Positions 1-12,035 of a DNA stretch of 64,000 nt are shown here, piece by piece. Source of the DNA: Squalus acanthias. Lineage: Eukaryota. The stretch spans positions 117,120,001 through 117,184,000 of the forward strand of contig CM059432.1 of the NCBI GenBank assembly GCA_030390025.1. The letters run 5' to 3'. The notes below the pieces were generated by a model. It was given only the letters and a program-made list of their open reading frames with translations, was not told the DNA's origin and did no database searches. A program made the position numbers and the translations under genes. Position 1 is the first letter of the stretch. Every line of letters begins with the position of its first letter.

Positions 1-82
1 CAAGTAAAGAAACAAAAGAAGAGGTGTAAATGGGAATGGTAGAATCATCAACAGCTGTCATTTGAAAAAATAGGAGCAGAGG

Positions 83-1415
83 TTATAGTCTGAAATTGTT
101 GAACTCGATGTTGAGTCCAGAAGGTTTTAAAGTGCCTAATCGAAAGATGAGGTGCTGTTCCTTGAGCTTACTTTGAGCTTTGTTGGAAGAGTGTAAGAGG
201 CCGAGGATGGGGAGGTCAGAGTGGGAGTGGAGCAGAGAATTAAGGTGGCAGGCGACTGGAAGCTCAGGGTCACGCTTACGGACTGAATGGAGGTGTTCCG
301 CAAAGCGGTCACCCAATCTGCGTTTGGTCTCCCCAGTGTAGAGGAGACCGCATCGTGAGCAGCGAATACAGTACCCTAAATTGCAAGAAGTACAAGTAAA
401 TCGCTGTTTCACCTGGAATGTTTGGGGCCCTGGACAGTGGGAAGGGAGGAGGTAAAAGGGCAGGTGTTGCATCTCGGGAAGGTGCCATGGGAAGGGGAGG
501 AAGTGTTGGGAGTGATTGAGGAGTGGACCAGGGTGTCGTGGAGGGAGTGGTCCCTTTGGAATGCTGAAAGTGGAGGGGAGGGGAAGATGTGTTTGGTGGT
601 GGGATCATGCTGGAGGTGGCAGAAATGACGGAGGATGATCCGTTGAATGTGGAGGCTGGTGGGGACAAGGGGAACCCTATCGTGGTTCTGGGAGGGAGGG
701 GAAGGGGTGAGAGCAGAAGTGCAGGAAATGGAACGGACACGGTCGAGGGCCATGTCAACCTCAGTAGAGGGGAATTTTCGGTTGAGGGAAAAGGAAGACA
801 TATCGGAAGCACTAGTATGGAAGGTGGCATTGTCAGAGCAGATGCGAAGGAGATGGAGAAACTGGGAGAATAATAGAGTCCTTACAGGAAGCGGGGTGGG
901 AGGAAGTGTAGTCCAGGTAGCTGTGGGAGTCAGTGGGCTTATAGTGGATATTGGTCAATAACCTAACCCCAGAAATGGAGACAGAGAAGTCGAGGAAGGG
1001 AAGGGAAGAGTCGGAGATTGACCATGTGAAGGTGAGGGAAGTGTGGAAATTGGAAGCAAAGTGAATGAAATTTTCTGGTTCAGGGCGAGAGCAGAAGCAG
1101 CACTGATACAGTCATCAATGTACCGGAAAAAGAGGTGAGGGAGGTGACCTGAGTAGGACTGGAACAAAGAATGTTCCACATATCCCACGAAAAGGCAGGC
1201 ACAGCTAGGGCCCATGCGGGTTCCCATAGCAACACCTTTAATTTGGAGGAAGTGAGTGGAGTCAAAGGAGAAGTTGCTCAATGTGAGAACAAGTTCAGCC
1301 AGGAGGGTGGTGGTGGATGGGGACTGGTTGGGCCTCTGTTCAAGGAAGAAGCGGAGCGCCCTCTGGCCATCCTGGTGGGGGATGGAGGTGTAGAGGGATT
1401 GGACGTCCATCGTGA
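83..1415 (-). mobile_element. 5'-truncated, frameshifted Penelope-like element (RT C-terminal part plus GIY-YIG endonuclease)
   Basis: ORF pieces 955..1410 (MDVQSLYTSIP, GVAMGTRMGP, RYIDD), 409..801 and 83..472 (LGYCIRCSRCGLLYTGETKRRL..RFAEH) are collinear with the intact 36600..39350 ORF. Confidence 0.93.
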
Positions 1416-1899
1416 AAAGGTAATTCTTCTTGTTGTGAGTGTATAGGTGTCAGCACTTAGTTTCACTTTGCATTAAGAACATTGAAAAGCAAGTCTATAA
1501 AGTCCCCAGAAGATTCAAAAGACCAATGAGCATTTAATAAAATAAGACTTCACACCAGGCTGGAGTTCTACTGGACACGGTGCACAGTAATACTGTTGTG
1601 AAACAACCTCCTGGATGGGTCTCACACCTTTTGGCTTCAATGCACTGAGCTGTAAGATTGGGAATTGAAACACAAATTATACTGGCACTGTCACATTGAT
1701 ACACATCCAAAACCGCCTTACATTGTCGCAAAAGTACTATTATAACTGTAACTTGATATCCTGTATTCACCACCTGCCTTTTACACTTGCGTTTCTACTT
1801 GGGTTTTCAAGCGAATTTACACACTAAACACTCCAGAAATAAGTACTTCATAATGCCACAATGTACATTGAAACTGCCCTATTCACTCACAGTCTTCTT

Positions 1900-2050
1900 T
1901 AGGGACAGAACTTTGATGTGGTGGGAAGGCTTGCATGCTCCAATGACCCTGAGAGTTATGCTGGCAAGAGTATACCTCCTGGCAGGACCACCCAAGCCAG
2001 ACAAGTTGAAAGGTAGGAACTGAACTAAAGGCAATCCACCGGTCCCCGTG
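1900..2050 (+). mobile_element. Degenerate 5' UTR of an RTE-clade LINE
   Basis: GTGGTGGGAAGGCTTGCATGCTCCAATGACCCTGAGAGTTATGC...GGACCACCCAAG resembles, from memory, the 5' end of BovB/RTE-type elements; no downstream ORF. Confidence 0.45.
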
Positions 2051-2289
2051 GTAGCGGCTGTGAGTCAGGCTAATGCACTGTCCACTTAAAGAAATACCTT
2101 TTGATATGGAAAAGATCCAGAGATAAGATCAGTATTTTACAGACGGGCAAATACAAACATCAACTGTGGAGAACAACGATCTGTCGGATTTAAGGTAAGA
2201 TGATACTCCGACAGTGTCAAATATCTTGCCTTGGTCAGACAGCAGTGGACAGGAGATAGACAGAAAGCGTAAGGTACAGGAGATTCTAA

Positions 2290-4073
2290 GGCTGCGATTT
2301 TGCTGGCGGAGGCGGGATCGCGGTGGGAGAGGTGGTTGGCGGGTCCCGGTCACGCTCCCGGCTCCAGCCCACTCTCTCCAAGTGATTTTAAGTAGATTGG
2401 GCTTGTTAAGCCCAACCTGTGTGTTTCCCGGCTAATTAAAAGGAAGCGGGTCTGATGACGTAATTTGATGACGCGTCATCAGCCGGTTTCCTTAAAGGGC
2501 CAAACCCACATTCATTTTGACAGTTCTGCTGTAAGTATTCTACAGCATTGAGGTGCTGCAAACACTGACAGGCACTGCACAGAGGTGCACGGCTGCACGG
2601 AGGCTCTCGCATGACTCCCTCCATATACTTATGGAGGGAGTCACAGCACGCAGGGAAGTTCTCTTCCCTTCCAATGGGCGGAAGAGACCTCCCCAGGACA
2701 CCAACGCAGCCTGGTTGCACATTGCGCAGGAGAACAAAAGCAGGGATGTCGCCAGGAGGACGAGGCTGCAGTGGTGCAAGCCTTTCAATGATCTCAGCAG
2801 ATCACGAAACATTACTGCCAGGCCACACTCAACCTCATCCTGCTGTGCCACTCATCACATCCCCATCACTCTGCTTTCCCTCCTACCCTACTCCTGCACA
2901 TCTTTACTCACACCAACTTACCTTGCACCTCCACCCATCCCTCTCTATCTACATTATCACATCCCCATCTTACTAGCCACCCCTCACACTCATCCTCATC
3001 CTACTGCAAGCATACCAACTAACAACACACAAGGTTAGGCACCTGGGTGGTTTAACTAATGTTCATGTGAAGTTTCTGTTAATGTCTTGTCAAACATTGA
3101 AATCTATATTTTCAACACTTTACCTTATTGGACAGATCTGAGCTCACCTTTAGCAGTGTCTTTGTGAGTTCCAGTGAATGTTGAGACATAACTTCCCCAC
3201 CCCACAATTGTGATGAGTGTGAAAGGAATGGCTTGGACATTATAGGGATGCTTTATGGTGCTGGTGTGGGGTGGTGTCAACCTGGCGCATCATGTGGCAG
3301 CCAGGGTGTACAGCATTAAGTGAAGTAAATCTGGCCATGGTGATGCCATCGCTGGCCTCCCGGGCAGCAATGTTGTCGGGTGCTGATGCCCTGTGTCCTG
3401 TGCAGCATCAGGTGATTGCGGAGAAGGTTGGTGCTATTGTTGGTGTGTCTGGTGGTGTTGGTGTTGGGGCTGATCGTGGAGGGATTCAGAGGACCAGGGT
3501 GAGATTTTTTGGAGGGCATCGATGTTGTTGGAATAGATGGCATCTGAAGTGGAGATGACAGGAGCGATCTGTCAATGGGGAGAGAGCTTGCTCCAAGGAG
3601 GCGACAGTGGATAGAGAGTTTACTCCAAACACTTCCAAACTGCATACAGCTCAAAAGTGTCTTCCAAGTCCTGAAGGCTCAAGCTTCTGACATTGGAAAG
3701 TGAACAGCTGTGAAATGGTAGCTTTCATACCACTTTTGCAGCTGTCACCTATTCACAGCAACGGGGAGAGATAGAGAACCTGACCTACTTACCTGACGTG
3801 ATCTCCGAACGACGTGAACCCCATTAAAAATGTTGTAAAATAAAAAAAGGCTGGCAAAATAGTAGTTAACAACTGTTTAACAAGCATTTAACTATCTTAA
3901 ATGCCTCCCCCGCCGCTTGGTGTCAGGTCTGTTCTGAAATCGCAGACCCGACACTTTGGAAACTTACATGGAGGCGGGTTCGGAGCGGGTTCCAAACCCA
4001 CTGTCAATCATTTCGATTTTGACAGCGGACCCGCCTCCGAACCCACACTCTGAGCGCCGGCAAAATCGCGGCC
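2290..4073 (+). mobile_element. Non-autonomous PIF/Harbinger element with Myb/SANT remnant
   Basis: TIRs GGCTGCGATTTTGCTGGCG / CGCCGGCAAAATCGCGGCC; TAA TSD at 2287-2289 and 4074-4076; ORF 2553..3038 contains LMEGVTARREVLFP...W..IA...QWCKPFNDL. Confidence 0.88.
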
Positions 4074-4436
4074 TAACTAACTAACTAAATTAATTCACAG
4101 GCATGAGCCCATCTGCCCAACAACAAAAACAAGCCACACACACTGACTGATCTGCTGCCTTCCAACACTGAAGCAGTACATGCAAATCAGCATGTACAAA
4201 GAGCCACTCTGAGATTAAGAAGAAACCAGAGAGAATGGGGTGGCATTGGTTAATGTTTCTCACTCGCACTGGCTCGAAAGGCGCAACAATGTGGCATTAA
4301 TAAGGGGGCATTGATGCCACATTGAGCTGTCAGGAAGGCAGTCATGTATCCTTACAATCGGTGGGAGCAGTCATGTACAAAACTAATTTTCTTCAATTTT
4401 TTTATTGTGTGTTGGATTTTACACACCCTTTTAAAT

Positions 4437-5330
4437 GTCATAGAGTCATAGAGTTATACAGCACAGAAAGAGGCCCTTCGGCCCATCGTGACTGCGCCGG
4501 CCATCAAGCCCTGTCTATTCTAATCCCATTTTCCAGCACTTGGTCCGTAGCCTTGTGTGCTATGGCGTTTCAAGTGCTCATCTAAATGCTTCTTGAATGT
4601 TGTGAGGGTTCCTGCCTTTACCACCCTTTCAGGCAGTGAGTTCCAGATTCCAACCACCCTCTGGGTGAAAAAGTTTTTCCTCAAATCCCCTCCAAACCTC
4701 CTGCCCCTTACCTTGAAACTATGCCCCCTAGTTATTGACCCATCTACTAAGGGGAAAAGTTCCTTTCTATCTAGCCTATCTATGCCCCTTATAATTTTGT
4801 ACACCTCAATCAGGTCCCCCCTCAATCTTCTCTGCTTTAAGGAAAACAACCCCAGCCTGTCCAGTCTCTCCTCATAGCTGAAAAGCTTCAGCCCAGGTAA
4901 CATCCTGGTGAATCACCTCTGCACTCTCTCCAATGCAATCACAACCCTCCTATAGTGTGGTAACCAGAACTGCACACAGTATTCCAGCTGTGGCCTACCT
5001 AGCGTTTTGTACAGCTCCATCATAACCTCCCTGCTCTTATATTCTATGCCTCGGCTAATGAAGGCAAGTATCCCATATGCCTTTTTAACCACCTTATCTA
5101 CCTGTCCTGCTGCCTTCAGGGATCTATGTACATGCACGCCAAGGTCCTCTGATCCTCTGTCCTTCCTAGGGTCCTACCATTCATTGTGTATTCCCTTGCC
5201 TTGTTAGTCCTCCCAAAATGCATCACCTCACACTTTTCAGGGTTAAATTCCATTTGCCACTGTTCTGCCCATCTGACCAACCCATCTATATCATCCTGTA
5301 GCCTGAGGCTTCCCTCCTCGCTATTTACTA
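4437..5330 (-). mobile_element. CR1 LINE 3' fragment
   Basis: ORFs 4913..5137 and 4520..4903 (RPQLEYCVQFW, YEERLDRLGLFSL, FFTQRVVGIWNSLP); short tandem tail at 4437-4457. Confidence 0.92.
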
Positions 5331-5979
5331 ATGTGTTCCCTATTAGAGCCTACAACTCCTGCTAAGTGACCAGTTCCTTGTGCAGACAGGTCTTCTGCCT
5401 CCAGTTGCTGCTGCCCATCTTCTGCCTGCTCTGTAGCAAGACCCATTTGCAGAGTGAAATTGTGTAAAATTGTGGCAAGAATGATCTTGGACACCTGCTC
5501 TGTACTGCAGAACTCCCTCTGATGAGCCCTGACATCTGAAACTTTGCTTCAGGATGGCAATAGTCTGCCCCACCAGGATCTGGCAGCAGCATGCACCTCA
5601 TTATATCACTCTTCAAGTATTGTCCTTGGATGGCTAAAAAGGGTAAGTGTTCATGGCTCCAGTGGATAGACATTTTCCACTAGCCTTCCTGGCATTTGAA
5701 ATAATGTTGGTACTGTGAATTGATTGAAAGGAATGAATCATGGCAACTGGCAGGGTAACAGCCATCCCTATGTATGCTTCTGTACTTATTATCATGGACT
5801 AGGTGTATATTAATGGAGTAGAACCCTTTCTTCATGAAGTGGGTGATACTGGGACTAACGGCCTGTCAGGTCACATGCATGTCACTAATAATACACCGCG
5901 CTTTGGTCATTCCAGCAAGATGGTAAAAGTGCAGGGATCTCCAATGTTATCTGCCCAACATGCGACCTATCTGAAGCCT

Positions 5980-6362
5980 TCGACATGGTTGACCACACCA
6001 TCCTCCAACGCCTCTCCTCCGTCGTCCAGCTGGGTGGCACTTCACTCGCCTGGTTCCATTCTTACCTATCGAATCGTAGCCAGAGAATCACCTGCAATGG
6101 CTTCTCTTCCTGCTCTCGCATCGTTACCTCAGGTGTCCCCCAAGGATCTTTCCTTGGTCCCCTTCTATTTCTCATCTACATGCTGCCCCTCGATGACATC
6201 ATCCGAAAACACAGCGTCAGATTCTACATGTACGCTGACGACACCCAGCTCTACCTCACCACAACTTCGCTCGACCCCTCCACTGTCTCTAAATTGTCAG
6301 ACTGCTTGTCCGACATGAGCAGAAATTTCCTCCAATTAAATATTGGGAAGACCAAAGCCATT
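5980..6362 (+). mobile_element. L2-type LINE RT fragment, left part (split by Harbinger)
   Basis: SGVPQGSFLGPLLF, YADDTQLY, LQLNIGKTKAI; the frame resumes at 10509 as IVFGPRHKLR. Confidence 0.9.
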
Positions 6363-6723
6363 GGGGGAGAAATTCGGTATCGCCCCGTTTGGGGTACAAT
6401 TATCGGCCGGACGCAAAGTTTAGCGCCTGCCGTTAATTATCGCCTCCGACTGCAAACTTGGCTTTTATCGTCCCTGGAGGTGATTGGAGCGCTAAATCAG
6501 GTGCTACACACCTGTCTTAAAGCGCAAAGGCCGAGGAGCGAGGCTCTAACTCAGAGCGCGGGTGCAGCACAGGTGATGTCAGTTAGCAATGGAACACAGA
6601 CACACTGGTGCTGGCCAGTTCTTAAAGGGGAGGGTCGATCTTGCTCTCCGGCCACACCCTGCTCATTGGAGCCTTGAATCTCGGTCTGAAGAGACCTGTG
6701 ACTACATTTTCCAGCCAAGGACT

Positions 6724-8543
6724 ATGGAGAGGGTGAGAGAACGAGCTCTGCGCTTCAGCGAGCGGGCCTTGAAGGCTCTGGTTGGAGCGGTGGAGCGCAG
6801 AAGATCTATATTCTACCCTGAGAGTGGCAGGAAGTCTTTGCCGCGCGACTACAGAAGAGTGTGGAGGGAGATGGCTCAGTACGTCTCCTCCAGGAGCATG
6901 ATGCCCAGGACCCATACTCAATGTCGCAAAAAGTTCAACGACCTCACTCGGGTCGTCAGGGTGAGTGGCTTTTTTTCAATACCTCTCCATCCCTCCATTT
7001 CAAACTCACTCTATGACCAGAGGGTCTTAAAACCCCAATGCCCAACACTCATCCAACACCTATGGCCCTCTCGTGAAACACTCACGCACATTCCACACCT
7101 TGCATACAGTAAGGGCTATTCAACTATGGGAGGCACATCAGGCAAGACCATGGCTGTATACATTAAGGGCTATTCAATTATGGGAGGCACATCAGGCAAG
7201 ACCATGGCTGTATATTTACTCAGACGCCGTTCTTTTTCTTGCAGGCCAAGCTATCTCATAACAGGAGACAGCAGCAACGGACGGGTGGAGGGCAGCCTCA
7301 GCTGCAACCCCTCAGCGATCTTGAGGTGCGCGTCCACAGGGTTGTGGCAAGCCAGGTGATTGGTCCCGTCGCCCCTGGAGAGGTCGATCCTGTTCGGGAC
7401 GACAATAGTAAGGTCATCAGCTTTCTCTCCTCTCTCATTCCACTTGTCCCTCACAACACCAGCCTTTGACACTTTCAATCCAACTTACTAAATCGCTGCA
7501 CTCTTTCCTCCCTTACTGCCCCCCTGTCCTCACGCTAAAGCCACTCTTGTACCTCCCTGCTTTCAGATGGTGATTCACCAGCTGAGGAGACGGGCCCTGA
7601 AGCTGCCAGTGGGAGTGAAGCCGCAGGCGATGAGGAAGAGGAAGCCGGAGTCTCAGCACCAACATCTCCCGAGGAAGCCCATGCCCACACTGGGAACACG
7701 CCTTCCCTGGAGGGGAGCAGGGGGGAAGGGTCTGATGAGGGTGAAGCTCCAGGACCCAGCGGGCTGCAGCAATGCGATGTGGATAAGGAAGATCGGGGGC
7801 CTTCTCCCTGGAGGGAGAGTAGGCCAGCGAGTCCTGCTGCACTGGACGCAGAGGAGGAGTGGCTCATCGCTGAAATGAACACCCAGGCGGTGGACATGCA
7901 CACTCAGCTCATGGGTGCAATGGGAAGGGTGCTCGAAAGCATTGATGCACTGGCAAGGAGTGTGGAGCACTACGCTGTAGCACAGGCAGATGCCACGCAA
8001 ATGTTTAGTGCTGCAATTCAGTCACTGGCTGCCGTGATCCAATCTCAGACTGGTCTCATGTAGACTCAGATTGAGGCCACACAAGCACTGACAGCTGCCA
8101 TTGTCGCTGGTTCGGACACATTTCCCCTGGGCTCTCACCGCGCCGCAGCAGGCCAGCAATCTGTGCTCCAGCAGATTGCTCTGGATGCTGAGGTGCTGCC
8201 CCGTGGGAGTGCCAGTGTGTCGGTCGAGCAGGGAGTTGCTGTCTTCTCTCAAGATGACAGCATTCCTGCTGCCACCACTGTCACTTCCCCATTGCACTTG
8301 GCACCGCCTGTAGCCCAGACTACTGCCACCCATGCAGAGTTGGTGCAGTCTGCAGTCGGGCCCTCCAGGCCCAGAGCTGGTCGAGGCCGTCCTTCAAGGG
8401 CATCTGCAGTCTCAGGTTCTGACAATCAGCAGCCTTCCAACAGCTTTGCTGCAGCCACTGGGGTCCCATTACGGAGGAGCAGTAGGGTGGGAAGGGGGGA
8501 AGTGCGCAAGGGAAGGAGATCACCCTCGAAGGGGAAAAAATAG
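6724..8543 (+). CDS. Harbinger Myb/SANT-like DNA-binding protein; 3 exons (6724-6960, 7245-7407, 7567-8543), about 458 codons with one premature TAG at 8061-8063
   Basis: RALRFSERALKALVGAV...VWREMA...RTHTQCRKKFNDL trihelix motif; GT-AG introns in phase 0 and phase 1 join three ORF-track fragments into one frame. Confidence 0.85.
7110..7214 (+). repeat. 54-bp tandem duplication in intron 1 of the Myb gene
   Basis: TAAGGGCTATTCAAYTATGGGAGGCACATCAGGCAAGACCATGGCTGTATA occurs twice. Confidence 0.9.
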
Positions 8544-8854
8544 GAGGTGTGACGAAATGTTGGGAATTTTTTTATTAAAGGCCGAGGTCCGTGTTCAATC
8601 TTTTGTTTAGTGTTTTGGACATTATCTCCAGGTTTTGAGAACCAGTTATGATAATGAATGATTTTTTGTGTTTGTTTCTATTAGTTTGTCATGAAGAAAT
8701 GACACACACAGAGTTTGTAAAATAAAAATGTTTTTGTATTCAAAATGTACAGGTTTGGCCTTTGGAATCATTGCTGCCTTGGCCGGCTTTGGGGTTGCGG
8801 GTTGCTTTCATTCATGTTGCTCTCCATGCCAGAAGCCATTTCCTCAGTAGGGGC

Positions 8855-10012
8855 CTAGAAGCGGCTTGTTATCAGCCGTTGACGGACGGCCCTTGCAGTT
8901 TCAACATTGTGGGCCTCCCTCCCGCCTTGGTGCTGCTGATGATCATCCTCCTGCTCTTCCTCCTCCTCCGGTGGTGCTCCAAGGCCTGGTGGCATTGGCT
9001 GGGTCCTCAGGATTGCCAGGTTATGCAGCATGCAGCACACAACTATGAAGAGGGAGACTCGCTCAGGAGAGTACTGCAGGGCTCCTCCTGAGTGGTCTAG
9101 ATAGTGGAACCGTTGCTTGAGCACGCCGATCGTCTGCTCAATGATGTTCCTGGTGGTGAGATGGCTCTCATTGTACCGCAGCTCAGCAGGGGTGTTGAGG
9201 TTACGGAGCGGTGTCATCAGCCAGATGCAGCTTGGATAACCCTTGTCTCCGAGGAGCCAACCACTTGGCTGATGCGGTGCCTGGAAAAGTTCTGGCACAG
9301 CAGTCTGGCGCAGGATGAAAGCATCGTGGCTGCTGCCAGGATAGTGGGCATTGACAGCGAGTATCAGCTGTCTGTGGTCACAGACCAACTGGACGTTTAA
9401 GGAGTGGAACCCCTTGCGGTTTCGGAAAACCTCTGCATTCTCATGCGGTGCCCGCAATGTCACATGCATGCAGTCAATGGCGCCCTGCACCATGGGGAAG
9501 CCCGCTATCCTCGCAAAGCCCAGAGCGCGTTCATGCTGTTTGGCCCGGGTCATGGGGAAAGAGATGTACTGGCGTCTCCTTTTATAGAGGGCATTTGTCA
9601 CCTCCCGGATACAGCAATGGACAGCGAACTGGGAGATATTGGCGATGTCCCCAGTAGCTGCTTGAAAGGAGTCAGTGGCATAAAAATTCAGAGCCACTGT
9701 GACCTTCACTGCTACCGACAGAGACGTCCTGGTCCTCAGTTGAGGCTGCAGATCTGGCTGCAGCAGGTGGCAGAGCTCAGTGACCACCTCCTTGCTAAAG
9801 CGCAGCCTGCGCAAACACTGCTCCTCAGACAAATTAATGTAGGAGAATTGTTCCCGGAATACACTGGGAGGGTAAGTTCTCCCGTGCAGAGACCTGTTGG
9901 CCCTCCTCCATCTGGCCATGATTGCCACTCTCTCTCTGCACCTCTGTTGCCTCTGATTCTGCAGGCGCAGGACGACGCCCCCAATCAGTGCAGCCCCCAA
10001 GTCTCTTGGCAA
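8855..10012 (-). CDS. PIF/Harbinger (HARBI1-like) DDE transposase, 385 aa, open frame
   Basis: N-terminal HTH region (RLRFSKE...), GAIDCMHV, FRNRKGFHSLNVQLVCD, YPGSSHDAFIL, LLGDKGY, IIEQTIGVLKQRF, CCMLHN, acidic tail. Confidence 0.96.
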   Translation of the reverse strand: MPRDLGAALIGGVVLRLQNQRQQRCRERVAIMARWRRANRSLHGRTYPPSVFREQFSYINLSEEQCLRRLRFSKEVVTELCHLLQPDLQPQLRTRTSLSVAVKVTVALNFYATDSFQAATGDIANISQFAVHCCIREVTNALYKRRRQYISFPMTRAKQHERALGFARIAGFPMVQGAIDCMHVTLRAPHENAEVFRNRKGFHSLNVQLVCDHRQLILAVNAHYPGSSHDAFILRQTAVPELFQAPHQPSGWLLGDKGYPSCIWLMTPLRNLNTPAELRYNESHLTTRNIIEQTIGVLKQRFHYLDHSGGALQYSPERVSLFIVVCCMLHNLAILRTQPMPPGLGAPPEEEEEQEDDHQQHQGGREAHNVETARAVRQRLITSRF

Positions 10013-10508
10013 TCGAAGTAATGCAGGTCAAATCCAAAAGTACCTGCAAAGTGATGCTCAGTAGCCAAAACTACTTGACACAGCATTGACTCTGTGCAGA
10101 AGTCTCTCTATCTCTCTCTCAGAAGCTCTCTCGCTGTCAGAATGAGTGGTGCAAAAATGTCTACCACAGAAAAAGCCAGGAAGAGGGCGCCATTAAATAG
10201 CGCCCCCCCAGCCCCTCACCGACTGGGAAACGTTCCAGTCTCCCTGTCGTTGCTTGCGCCAGGCGGAAAGGAGGGTGGCACCACTCAATATCCGGTCCGG
10301 GGCACCACCAGGGCGTTGCACGCTTGACTGATGTCACAATCTGCAGGCGCAGGAGATCGGGCGGTAAACTTTTGCGCCGCCGCAAAAACTCGAATCAATT
10401 TTGCGAGCGCCGTAAACATTGCCGCGCCCGGGCGCTAGTTGCCTTGCGCCCCATTAACGCCCTCTTAGGGCACTAATGGGAGGCGCAAACCAACCGAATT
10501 TTTCCCCC

Positions 10509-11320
10509 ATTGTCTTTGGTCCCCGCCACAAACTCCGTTCCCTGGCCACCGATACCATCCCTCTCCCTGGCAACTGTCTGAAGCTGAACCAGACTTTTCG
10601 CAACCTTGGTGTTGTGTTTGATCCCGAGATGAGCTTCCGACCACCTACCCTCCCCATCACCAAGACTGCCTACTTCCACCTCCGTAACATCGCCCGATTT
10701 TGACCCTACCTCAGCTCATCTGATGCTGAAACCTTCATCCATGCCTTTGTTACCTCTAGACTCAACTATTCTAATGCTCTCCTGGCCAGCCTCCATCTTC
10801 CACCCTACATAAACTTGTGCTCATCTAAAATTCTGCTGTCCATGTCTTAACTCGCACCAAGTCCCGTTCACCCATCACCCCTGTGCTCGTTAACCTACAT
10901 TGGGGTCAAAGCCTCAGTTATAAAATTCTCATCCTTATTTTCAAATCCCTCCATGGCCTCGCCCCTCCCTATCTCTGTAACCTTCTCATGCCTTACAAGC
11001 CTTCGCGATCTCTGCGCTCCTCCAATTCTGGCACCTTGTGCATCCCCTATTTTAATCACTCCACCATTGGCGGCCATGTTTTCCGCTGCCTAGGCACTAA
11101 GTTCTGGAATTCACTCCCTAAATCTCTCCGCCTCTCTACCTCTCTCTCCTCCTTTAAGACGCTCCTTAAAACCTACCTCTTTAACCAAGCTTTTGGTCAT
11201 CTGTCTGGATATCTCCTTCTGTGGTTTGGCGTCAAATTTTGATTGATAACACTCTTCTAAAGCGCCTTGGGATGTTTTGCTACGTTAAAGGTGCTATATA
11301 AATGCAAGTTGTTGTTGTTG
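10509..11320 (+). mobile_element. L2-type LINE 3' part with (TTG)n tail
   Basis: NLGVVFDPEMSF, AYFHLRNIAR, SLHGLAPPYL, WNSLP; ends TATATAAATGCAAGTTGTTGTTGTTG. Confidence 0.9.
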
Positions 11321-11654
11321 CTAAGGTAGACCTTTTACTCTGCATTTAAATACATCTAAATGAATGTTAGAAAGCTCAGCGGATTTTCCTCCTGTTTGCT
11401 ACTGGTCTTCCAGTGGTAAAAGGGCGGTGGAGACAGAAAATTGGGTGCGGACCAGTCCTGCCAGATCCCCCTCCATTTCGGCGCTATACCGGTCTTCTGT
11501 CATCACTTCCAGCAGGTGCTGAAAGAGTCTACTCCAAACGCAGGCAGCCACATTCAAATAAGGTGGCCATGGTCATGTGTCACATTTTCACTCTTTACCA
11601 CCTTAACAATGCTGGGGACTAGGAATGCCAGCATTTCACTGACTTATTTTTAAA

Positions 11655-12035
11655 TTCATTCATGGGAATCGCCGGCAAGGCCAGCATTTATTGCCCATCC
11701 CTAGTTGCCCTCGTGAAGGTGGTGGCGAGCTGCCTTCTTGAATAAGTGGCTTGCTAGGCCATTTCAGAGGGCAGTTAGGAGTCAACCACATTTTTTTGGG
11801 TCTGGAGTCACATATAGGCCAGATCGGGTAAGGATTGCAGATTTCCTTCCCTAAAGGACATTAGTGAACCAGATGGGTTTTTATGACAATTCGTGGTCAC
11901 CATTACTGATGCTAGTTTTTTTTTCCAGATTTATTTAATTGAATTTAAATTCCCCAGCTGGGATTTAAACTCATGTGTCTGGATCATTAGTCCAGGCCTC
12001 TGTATTACTAGTCCAGTAACATAACCACTATGCTG
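11655..12035 (-). mobile_element. tRNA-derived SINE sharing its 3' end with the LINE at 41575
   Basis: Minus-strand A/B-box-like head (TAGTGGTTATG...GAGTTTAAATCCC); 3' end GGGATGGGCAATAAATGCTGGCCTTGCC is also present at 41600 and 56125. Confidence 0.7.

Larger units (their letters stand above)
6363..10508. mobile_element. Autonomous-type PIF/Harbinger DNA transposon, 4146 bp, two convergent genes
   Basis: 16-bp TIRs GGGGGAGAAATTCGGT / ACCGAATTTTTCCCCC (1 mismatch); ATT TSD at 6360-6362 and 10509-10511; removing it restores the host L2 reading frame. Confidence 0.96.

Noticed and set aside
5985..6677. 230-aa ORF as a novel RT fusion protein
   Set aside because: Chance read-through from the L2 RT into the Harbinger left end
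7110..7214. CRISPR-like or other repeat-spacer array
   Set aside because: Only two adjacent units with no spacers, in eukaryotic DNA
8855..10012. Domesticated host HARBI1 gene
   Set aside because: It lies between TIRs with a TSD inside an L2 fragment, so it is a transposon copy
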